From NCBI GenBank assembly GCA_947630745.1, contig CANRIT010000003.1, forward strand, positions 55,503-119,502: DNA of 64,000 bases, read 5' to 3'. Below, in pieces: positions 38,539 through 45,113 of the stretch. Positions within the stretch are counted from its first letter, which is position 1. Each line of letters opens with the position of its first letter. This stretch comes from an uncultured Clostridia bacterium (lineage in GTDB: Bacteria; Bacillota; Clostridia; Christensenellales; UBA1242). A model generated the notes under the pieces. The model did not search any database. It saw only the letters and a list, made by a program, of their open reading frames with translations, and was not told where the DNA came from. A program made the position numbers and the translations under genes.

Positions 38539-38567
38539 ATTATATCACATATTTAAATTTTAGTCAA
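38539..38567 (-). promoter_or_regulatory. Consensus sigma-A promoter (TTGACT-17-TATAAT) of the 541-aa orphan gene
   Basis: The reverse strand reads TTGACT (38567-62), a 17-nt spacer ending in TGTGA, then TATAAT (38544-39). Confidence 0.7.
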
Positions 38568-38618
38568 TAGGTTAGAAAAAAATTGTGCCATTTAGTACAA
38601 CTTTTTTATGTTTTTTTA

Positions 38619-38657
38619 TGGAGCTGATGGGCGGACTCGAACCGCCGACCTGCTGAT
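38619..38657 (-). repeat. 39-nt exact copy of the 3' part of tRNA-Thr(CGT), from anticodon stem to CCA
   Basis: TGGAGCTGATGGGCGGACTCGAACCGCCGACCTGCTGAT is identical to 38854-38892. No 5' half is present. Confidence 0.85.
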
Positions 38658-38853
38658 AATGAGCTGAGCAATTAAAACCACTATGGATTTAATTGCCAAG
38701 CGAATTTCATTGTGTAACAATTTAATGTAAAGACAATTAAATGGCATAAAAGGCAATTAAAGACATAAGTGAAGTTTTAAGTTGCGAAGCGAAATTATAT
38801 TGAAACATTGTTTTCAATATTGCGAATCAGATTCGTAAGCAGCAGTATAGAAG

Positions 38854-38929
38854 TGGAGCTGATGGGCGGACTCGAACCGCCGACCTGCTGATTACGAATC
38901 AGCTGCACTACCGGCTGTGCTACATCAGC
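38854..38929 (-). tRNA. tRNA-Thr (anticodon CGT), CCA encoded
   Basis: Manual cloverleaf with acceptor GCTGATG/CATCAGC, anticodon stem GCTGA/TCAGC, loop TTCGTAA, T-loop TTCGAGT. Confidence 0.88.
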
Positions 38930-38938
38930 GTACACAAT

Positions 38939-38967
38939 ATTTTAGCATAAATTTTTGCTTTTTACAA
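38939..38967 (-). promoter_or_regulatory. Sigma-A-type promoter of tRNA-Thr(CGT)
   Basis: The reverse strand reads TTGTAA-17-TAAAAT, about 10 nt upstream of the tRNA 5' end. Confidence 0.6.
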
Positions 38968-39140
38968 TAGATTTATGCAAGTTTTTAAAATTAATTTTTT
39001 ATTTATACCAGCATATCAAACAATTTTAACTAAAACCACAATTAAACATAATTAAACATTGTGTTTGCCACAAACAACTGGCGGATTTATTACATTTTTT
39101 CAAATTTTGCAAAATAATTTAAATTAACAAATTTATTTGC

Positions 39141-39169
39141 TTGCAAAAATGGATTTTGTTTGCTAAAAT
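39141..39169 (+). promoter_or_regulatory. Promoter placed for a leaderless transcript (TTGCAA-17-TGcTAAAAT)
   Basis: TTGCAA at 39141-46, TGCTAAAAT at 39161-69. ATG 39177 is 7 nt after the -10 box. Confidence 0.55.
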
Positions 39170-39176
39170 ATAGATA

Positions 39177-40517
39177 ATGTTGGCATTAAAAATTGTTTTA
39201 GGTATAATATTTGTAATTTTGTATGTTGTTATGATGAGCATAATGATTATTTTTGAACGCGACAAGCCCAAAAATATCATTTTGTGGACAATAGCATTTT
39301 TCTTTTTAAGTTTGGTGGGGTATGTGTGGTACACAGTTGCAAAAATTGTGCATTTCAACAAACAACACTCGCTTGTGGTCAAAGATTGGGAAGATGGGGT
39401 ATACAACAATTTGGTTAAGGAAAATTTGACCGACATTGGCATTGTTGCGGACGACAACGGCTTGTATCAATTCAACCAAATGGCGTACGGCAGCAAACTT
39501 ATAGTAAATAATCAAATTGAAATGTACACGGCGGCGGACAAGTTTAAATCCGCGCTTATTAAAGACTTGCAATCGGCAAAAGAGCGCATTATCCTTGAAC
39601 TTTCCCGCATCAACGCCCACGATTTTGCCACTATCGCAGACGCAATTTGCAAAAAGGCGCAACAAGGGGTGCTTGTGAAGTTTGTTTATGACAAATCAAT
39701 TGGCATCCGCCTTAAAAAACAGCTTAAAAACGCGGGTGTAAAGTTGCACAAATTCAGCAAATATCACACGCTTAACAACACTTTTTCCAACATGCGCAAC
39801 CTTATAACTATTGACGGCAAAATTTCATACATGGCAAATTTGGATGTAAAAAATCGTCAACTTAAACAAAATGCGGATGTTTTAGATGTGTTTATGCGCC
39901 TAACGGGTGAAGTGGTGCAAGAAATTAATTTATTAACCAACAAAGACACCACTTTTGCCAGCGGCAAATTTTTGCCGTACTGCCAAACCATAGCAGAAAC
40001 AAAGCAGCAAACCACAATGCAGTTTGTTGCAAACTCTTCGTCTGCGGATTTGGAACTTTTGATAATAAAAGCCATAACCACAGCCAAAAAGTCAATTGTG
40101 TTGCAGTTGGATGAATTTATCCCAACCGAAAGCATAATTTCGCTGCTGCGCTTTGCCATAAATTCGGGCATAGAAGTCAAGCTTATGGTGCCAATAAAAA
40201 TTATCCGCCCGTCCACATATTACGCAACGCGCGCGTACGCAAAACAGCTGGCACTTTATGGCGCAAATGTGTATTTGTACGATGGTTTTATCCGCTACAA
40301 TTCAATTGTCGTGGACGATAACTATGTAATTTACGGCTCGTTTAGGCTGGATAGGCAACACATCAACACCGCACTTCAAAGCCTTGTTATTGTGGAAGAT
40401 GAAAAAATTGTCGACCAGTTTATTAAGCAATTTGATTTGGGGGTGGAAAACAGCTTCCGCATCAGCAACGCGCGCTATATGCTTATTCAAGAAAGATTTT
40501 TCAAAAACTTTGTGTAA
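39177..40517 (+). CDS. Cardiolipin synthase-like phospholipase D family protein with both HKD motifs substituted
   Basis: Two N-terminal TM helices and two PLD domains. Motif 1 reads NMRNLITIDGK (expected HxKxxxxDG). Motif 2 reads GFIRYNSIVVDD (expected HxKxxxxD). Confidence 0.7.
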   Translation: MLALKIVLGIIFVILYVVMMSIMIIFERDKPKNIILWTIAFFFLSLVGYVWYTVAKIVHFNKQHSLVVKDWEDGVYNNLVKENLTDIGIVADDNGLYQFNQMAYGSKLIVNNQIEMYTAADKFKSALIKDLQSAKERIILELSRINAHDFATIADAICKKAQQGVLVKFVYDKSIGIRLKKQLKNAGVKLHKFSKYHTLNNTFSNMRNLITIDGKISYMANLDVKNRQLKQNADVLDVFMRLTGEVVQEINLLTNKDTTFASGKFLPYCQTIAETKQQTTMQFVANSSSADLELLIIKAITTAKKSIVLQLDEFIPTESIISLLRFAINSGIEVKLMVPIKIIRPSTYYATRAYAKQLALYGANVYLYDGFIRYNSIVVDDNYVIYGSFRLDRQHINTALQSLVIVEDEKIVDQFIKQFDLGVENSFRISNARYMLIQERFFKNFV

Positions 40518-40567
40518 ACATATTGACAAATTTATTTTTTGTGATATATTTTTCCACGAGGTGAATT

Positions 40568-40945
40568 ATGGAAGCTATTATTGATGTTAGTGATGCGCAT
40601 GTGCTAAAAGATAATCAAGTGGCAGTTGTGGTGTCAAAAAACTGCAATCAGTCAATTGTTTATGCAATTATTGACGGCAATCCTTATAGCAAAATTTTGC
40701 AAACTGCTGACGAAAATGCTATTAAAGATTATTTAAACAAAGCCGATTATCCCGACGATATAAAATTTTACAATGCGGAAGACGGAAGTTGTTGCTTTAT
40801 TTCGGCATACAGCATTTCATCAATTGGCTGCTGTGTGCAAGAAATAAAAGAAAAATTTTGCGAGCCAGAACTATCCAAATCATATGCTTATGTAAACGGA
40901 TTTAAACCAGAATTTTACAAACCAGTCAGCAACAAAACATTTTAA
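40568..40945 (+). CDS. Hypothetical protein (125 aa), Cys-rich
   Basis: Own promoter (TTGACA at 40523-28, TGATATATT -10), SD GAGGTG, terminator downstream. No motif recognised. Confidence 0.5.
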   Translation: MEAIIDVSDAHVLKDNQVAVVVSKNCNQSIVYAIIDGNPYSKILQTADENAIKDYLNKADYPDDIKFYNAEDGSCCFISAYSISSIGCCVQEIKEKFCEPELSKSYAYVNGFKPEFYKPVSNKTF

Positions 40946-40960
40946 CAACTAATATAAATG

Positions 40961-40985
40961 GTCAACTTTGGTTGACTATTTTTTT
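40961..40985 (+). terminator. Rho-independent terminator
   Basis: GTCAAC-tttg-GTTGAC followed by TATTTTTTT. It overlaps the -35 box of the next promoter. Confidence 0.7.
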
Positions 40986-41000
40986 AAATTTTGCTACAAT
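40972..41000 (+). promoter_or_regulatory. Promoter placed for a leaderless transcript (TTGACT-17-TGcTACAAT)
   Basis: TTGACT at 40972-77, TGCTACAAT at 40992-41000. ATG 41007 is 6 nt after the -10 box. Confidence 0.6.
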
Positions 41001-41006
41001 TTTTAT

Positions 41007-41855
41007 ATGGAAAAAGAAATATTTGGTGTGGCTGGCGTGCCTACCAACTACAAGGGCAAGTTTAAAGATTTGTTCGCTTGGCTAAAAGGCATGGGTTTAA
41101 ACGCGTTTGAAATTCAATGCACATATGGCTTTAAAATAAGCGAGGATAGGCAGCAAATTATCCGCGAACACAATAATAATGGCGTGTTTTTCAGCATTCA
41201 TGCGCCGTACTACATAAATTTGGGCAGTTTAAATAAGGCGGTTGTTGACCGAAGTTTTAGCAATATGAAAGAAGGAATAAGCCTTGCCAAAAGCCTAAAT
41301 ATCACTCGCATAATTTTCCACCCGGGCGGCGGGCATGAAAATACGCCTGAAGGTAGGGTTAAGGCAATAAATCAACTTGTTGACGCGGTTAACAAACTTA
41401 CCAGCGAAATAGATATGGGCGAGGTGCGCTTGTACCCAGAAATTGGCGGGAAAACCGCAAGTTTGGGTAGTCTTGACGAGATTATTGACATATGCAAACG
41501 CTGCAAATATTGCTATCCTTGCATTGATATTGCCCATCTGCACGCACGCGAAATTGGCAGCATAAACACAAAGCAAGACATTTTAGATAAACTTAACAAA
41601 ATCAAGTCCGCATTGCCAGATAAGTTTGATAAAATTCATTTTCACGCCTACACAATTGAATACGGCGACAAAGGCGAAATTAAACATCTGTATCATGGTA
41701 AAAACATGGCGGATGGGCGAGTGGGCAAACCAAACCTAGATGATTTTATTTCAAGCTTAAAAGAACTTAAACTTTCGCCTTGGGTGATAAGCGAAGCGCT
41801 CGACAGCCAAGAACTAGGCGCAAAATACATGCACGATTTATATTTAAAAAATTAG
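41007..41855 (+). CDS. Endonuclease IV-like TIM-barrel protein (AP endonuclease family 2)
   Basis: SIHAPYYINLGS, IFHPGG, YPEIGGKTASLGS, CIDIAHLHA and HFHAY occur in the order of endonuclease IV metal-ligand motifs. The start is moved to ATG 41007. Confidence 0.6.
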   Translation: MEKEIFGVAGVPTNYKGKFKDLFAWLKGMGLNAFEIQCTYGFKISEDRQQIIREHNNNGVFFSIHAPYYINLGSLNKAVVDRSFSNMKEGISLAKSLNITRIIFHPGGGHENTPEGRVKAINQLVDAVNKLTSEIDMGEVRLYPEIGGKTASLGSLDEIIDICKRCKYCYPCIDIAHLHAREIGSINTKQDILDKLNKIKSALPDKFDKIHFHAYTIEYGDKGEIKHLYHGKNMADGRVGKPNLDDFISSLKELKLSPWVISEALDSQELGAKYMHDLYLKN

Positions 41856-41931
41856 TTTATTAAATTGTTGATATTTATATTTCTACCACATGATAAGTGT
41901 ATAACGAGCAACATACACAATATTTTGAATT

Positions 41932-42762
41932 ATGCAAAAGTTGGAGTTTGTTTTAAAAGAAGATAAAAAGTTGGTTAAGGCGATTATTGATGAATTGCCA
42001 TTTCTTTCGCGCTATGATGTAAAAAAGATTTTAGACAACAAGGATGTTAAAGTAAACAATGTTCGCGTTAAGGCGGATTGTGATGTTTTTGCGGGGAATA
42101 AGATTGTGGTTTTTTACACCCCAAAACAAGACAAAGAGTGGTTTATTCCCGTTTATCAAGACGAAAATATCCTTATTGTAAACAAGCGCGCGGGCATTGA
42201 AGTTGTAAGCGAAAACGAACGCGATTTGCTGTCTGTTTTAAAGCAGAATTTTGGCGAAATTTACGCGGTGCACCGCTTGGATAGAAATACGGAAGGGTTA
42301 ACAATTTTTGCACTTAACTTAAAGGCAAAAAGTGTGCTTGATGATGCCTTTAAAAATCGCAAAGAGATAACAAAAAAATACGCGCTTTTGGTCCATGGGC
42401 GGGTTGACATAGCAAAAATTAAGCGCACGGTTTACTTAAAAAAAGTAGAAAATTTGTCAAAAGTTTGGATAAGCGAACTTAAAACCAGCGGCTATGACCC
42501 AATTGTAACCGAATTTACCCCGATTGAATATAGGGGAGAAAACACGCTGCTAGAAGCCAATTTGGTTACTGGCAAAACCCACCAAATCCGCTCCCATATC
42601 GCATATTACGGCCACCCAATAGTAGGCGACAACAAATACGGCAAGGACAACGAAAAAACCCTGCACCTTACCGCCAACTATCTTTCCTTTTCCTTCAAAA
42701 AAGGCAGCCCGCTAAGCTACCTAAACACCAAATCCTTCGAAATCATCCCAAGTTGGCTTTAA
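41932..42762 (+). CDS. RluA-family pseudouridine synthase (RluD-like)
   Basis: S4-like N-terminus, catalytic HRLDRNTEGL, GKTHQIRSH. Confidence 0.85.
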   Translation: MQKLEFVLKEDKKLVKAIIDELPFLSRYDVKKILDNKDVKVNNVRVKADCDVFAGNKIVVFYTPKQDKEWFIPVYQDENILIVNKRAGIEVVSENERDLLSVLKQNFGEIYAVHRLDRNTEGLTIFALNLKAKSVLDDAFKNRKEITKKYALLVHGRVDIAKIKRTVYLKKVENLSKVWISELKTSGYDPIVTEFTPIEYRGENTLLEANLVTGKTHQIRSHIAYYGHPIVGDNKYGKDNEKTLHLTANYLSFSFKKGSPLSYLNTKSFEIIPSWL

Positions 42763-43949
42763 TGCTTTTTAATACATTTTAAAAATTTAAAATTATCAGA
42801 AATATTTGCTAAAAGGTTATCTGTATTTTCAATTTCAAATATTTCTTGGCTTTTTTCTGCATACTGAGTTTGAGATAATATTAGCTCTTGTGATATATTG
42901 TTGTTTTTGTCTAACAGCAAAATACCCGTTCCAATCCAGAAATCTGTGTTGCTTGCTGCAGTAGATTTGAGATGTAGTCCGCCGTCAGTAGGAGATGCAC
43001 AAGGGGATTTTCCCCAAGTCCCAAACAAAGATATTGCATTTGGCCTTTCCCAAAAATTAATTCGCAGTTCATAATCGGCAGCCAAAAAACATTCATTATT
43101 TATTCTTGCTTCAATAATTAATTTGTTAATTTCTTCTTCATTTAAATTTGAATAATCAGTTGTTCCGTTAACTAAAAAGTTGGTTTTTGCTCTTTTAAAC
43201 CAAATTTCTTTTCCTTCGTTTGATAGATTATTATAAGTGGCTTTCATTTCGTCATGATAATCTTTCATGCGGTTGTATAAATCTTGTGGGGTATATAAAT
43301 CTCTTGCAATAATTAAATTATAATCTAATTTTACACCATTTGCTTGGTAAATTTTGTCTGTAAAATATTTTAAAAGTGCCTTAAAAGTTTTGGTGTATCT
43401 ATCAGTTGTTGCTTGTGGCACATTGTTAAATTGTATAGAAATTTCTTCACTTTCGTATTCAAATTTAACACCATATTTGTATTTGGTTATTATTGGCCAT
43501 AAAAATGTGGTCATGTATTTCATGTGAAAAAGTTCAGCCAAATCAACTTCTGGATAGGATGGAGAGTTATAGTTTTTGTAGCCGCCAAAGCCAAAAATAA
43601 AAATGATTGGTTGTTTATTAGTAAAAGAATATATTAACTTATCAATTGTTAGTGAAATGGCCAAATTTGCTTGCTTACTTCCAGAAAATTTTGCAGATAA
43701 TAGGCGCGACAAAAAATCCAACAACAAATTTTTATCATTATTATTTAACTTTGCAAGTTTTGCTCTTTGTTCCAAAACAAAACTTAATTTGTCTTTAACT
43801 TTGTCATCGTCAATTGGCAAATTCATTTCTTTTGCAATCCAATTTATAAAAAGATTCGTATCTTCAGTTGAAAAGCGTAAACATTTTATTAAAGCAGAAT
43901 CGTTTGATTTTGCATTAGATACATCAATTTTAAAATAATTATCAAACAT
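42759..43949 (-). CDS. Hypothetical protein (396 aa), AT-rich orphan next to the tRNA cluster
   Basis: Own promoter (TGTGATATAAT) and AGAGG SD. No family assigned with confidence. 4-nt overlap with the convergent rluD-like gene end. Confidence 0.6.
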   Translation of the reverse strand: MFDNYFKIDVSNAKSNDSALIKCLRFSTEDTNLFINWIAKEMNLPIDDDKVKDKLSFVLEQRAKLAKLNNNDKNLLLDFLSRLLSAKFSGSKQANLAISLTIDKLIYSFTNKQPIIFIFGFGGYKNYNSPSYPEVDLAELFHMKYMTTFLWPIITKYKYGVKFEYESEEISIQFNNVPQATTDRYTKTFKALLKYFTDKIYQANGVKLDYNLIIARDLYTPQDLYNRMKDYHDEMKATYNNLSNEGKEIWFKRAKTNFLVNGTTDYSNLNEEEINKLIIEARINNECFLAADYELRINFWERPNAISLFGTWGKSPCASPTDGGLHLKSTAASNTDFWIGTGILLLDKNNNISQELILSQTQYAEKSQEIFEIENTDNLLANISDNFKFLKCIKKH

Positions 43950-44018
43950 ATAAACCTCTAATATATTATATCACAAAATTAGCCACGATTCCAAATGTTT
44001 TTGAATTATGAAAAGAAA

Positions 44019-44093
44019 TGGAGCTAGTGAGAGGAATCGAACCTCCAACCGGCTGATTACAAGTCAGCTGCTCTACCATTGAGCCACACTAGC
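44019..44093 (-). tRNA. tRNA-Thr (anticodon TGT), CCA encoded
   Basis: Acceptor GCTAGTG/CACTAGC, anticodon loop CTTGTAA, T-loop TTCGATT. Confidence 0.88.
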
Positions 44094-44114
44094 ATCTAAT
44101 AATATTAAATTTTT

Positions 44115-44199
44115 TGGTGGGAAGAGGTGGATTCGAACCACCGAAGACAAAGTCGACGGATTTACAGTCCGTTGCATTTGGCCGCTCTGCAATCTTCCC
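44115..44199 (-). tRNA. tRNA-Tyr (anticodon GTA), long variable arm, CCA encoded
   Basis: Acceptor GGGAAGA/TCTTCCC, anticodon loop CTGTAAA, 85 nt with an extra arm. Confidence 0.85.
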
Positions 44200-44235
44200 A
44201 TATTTATCCATAAAAATGGATTTTACCTAAAAGGT

Positions 44236-44266
44236 TGGTGCCTCGAACCGGAATCGAACCAGTGAC
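44236..44266 (-). repeat. 31-nt exact copy of the 3' end of tRNA-Phe (T-arm, acceptor 3' strand, CCA)
   Basis: TGGTGCCTCGAACCGGAATCGAACCAGTGAC is identical to 44413-44443. It is followed by TTGCAAGAGATTTGCTTGTGT (44267-87). Confidence 0.85.
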
Positions 44267-44351
44267 TTGCAAGAGATTTGCTTGTGTCCCTGTTTCTTTC
44301 AGGTTTTTTTTGGCTTATTTGTTACCCAAACCAATGTGGTTCAAGCAACTA

Positions 44352-44395
44352 TGGTGCCTCAGCGAACCATTAACTTGCAAGAGATTTGCTTGTGT
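44352..44395 (-). repeat. Degenerate second copy of the tRNA-Phe 3' end plus the TTGCAAGAGATTTGCTTGTGT motif
   Basis: TGGTGCCTC (44352-60) followed by AGCGAACC. An exact second copy of the 21-nt motif lies at 44375-95. Confidence 0.7.
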
Positions 44396-44412
44396 AACAT
44401 GGTTCGTGAGAA

Positions 44413-44488
44413 TGGTGCCTCGAACCGGAATCGAACCAGTGACACAAGGATTTTCAGTCCTTTGCTCTACCGACTGAGCTATCGAGGC
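44413..44488 (-). tRNA. tRNA-Phe (anticodon GAA), CCA encoded
   Basis: Acceptor GCCTCGA/TCGAGGC, anticodon loop CTGAAAA, T-loop TTCGATT. Confidence 0.9.
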
Positions 44489-44554
44489 GTGGTGGTTTAA
44501 AACCCAAATTATTTTACACTCTGTTGTTAAATTTATTTACCCTTGTAAATAAAA

Positions 44555-44631
44555 TGGCGACCCGTACGAGACTTGAACTCGTGACCTCCAGCGTGACAGG
44601 CTGGCGCTCTAACCAACTGAGCTAACGGGCC
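44555..44631 (-). tRNA. tRNA-Asp (anticodon GTC), CCA encoded
   Basis: Acceptor GGCCCGT/ACGGGTC, anticodon loop CTGTCAC, T-loop TTCAAGT. Confidence 0.88.
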
Positions 44632-44651
44632 ATAGGTTTGTACAACAAGGG

Positions 44652-44728
44652 TGGTGGGCCTTCACGGACTTGAACCGCGGACCGACCGGTTATGAGCCGG
44701 TTGCTCTAACCAACTGAGCTAAAGGCCC
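44652..44728 (-). tRNA. tRNA with CAT anticodon (elongator Met, or lysidine-modified Ile2)
   Basis: GGGCCTTTAGCTCAGTTGGTTAGAGC...CTCATAA loop. There are no three G:C pairs in the anticodon stem, so it is not an initiator. The 5' half resembles Bacillus tRNA-Ile2 as remembered. Confidence 0.8.
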
Positions 44729-44732
44729 CTAA

Positions 44733-44808
44733 TGGTCGGGGTGAAGGGACTCGAACCCCCGGCCCCATGATCCCAAATCACGTGCGCTACCAACTGCGCT
44801 ACACCCCG
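44733..44808 (-). tRNA. tRNA-Pro (anticodon TGG), CCA encoded
   Basis: Acceptor CGGGGTG/CACCCCG, anticodon loop TTTGGGA, T-loop TTCGAGT. Confidence 0.85.
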
Positions 44809-44828
44809 ACAAACAAGGTTACTTTTTA

Positions 44829-44857
44829 ATTTTACACTAAGTTTAAATATTTGTCAA
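44829..44857 (-). promoter_or_regulatory. Sigma-A promoter of the six-tRNA operon (Pro-Met/Ile2-Asp-Phe-Tyr-Thr)
   Basis: The reverse strand reads TTGACA-17-TAAAAT, about 20 nt upstream of tRNA-Pro. Confidence 0.65.
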
Positions 44858-45078
44858 TAAATTTTAACCAATTTTTTTAAAAAAATTAAATTAAACAAAA
44901 TAACGCCCAAAAAATAAAAAGCCAACAATTAAAGTAAACAATCATTTTAATATATGATAACCGCACAAATTATGATAAAAACAACAGACACAATTACACA
45001 AAAATTTAATCACCCACACTCGTCTAAACCATTTTTTCATACGAAAAAATCAAAATTTAGATTAATCATTTAAAATAT

Positions 45079-45107
45079 TTGTAAAATAAAATGATATGTG
45101 GTAAAAT
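45079..45107 (+). promoter_or_regulatory. Promoter placed for a leaderless transcript (TTGTAA-17-TGgTAAAAT)
   Basis: TTGTAA at 45079-84, TGGTAAAAT at 45099-107. ATG 45114 is 6 nt after the -10 box. Confidence 0.55.
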
Positions 45108-45113
45108 ACAATT

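Noticed and set aside
38038-38556. 172-aa ORF on the + strand (plus 36904-37113, 37294-37557 and 37612-37848).
   Set aside because: All lie antisense within the 541-aa minus-strand gene, which has the promoter, SD and terminator. Their Ser/Leu/Phe-rich composition is typical of shadow frames.
44235-44500. ORFs 44235-44477 and 44267-44500 (80 and 77 aa, + strand).
   Set aside because: They are translations of the antisense strand of tRNA-Phe and its partial copies (MVPRTGIEPVT occurs twice because the tRNA fragment is repeated). No start context exists, so they are artefacts.
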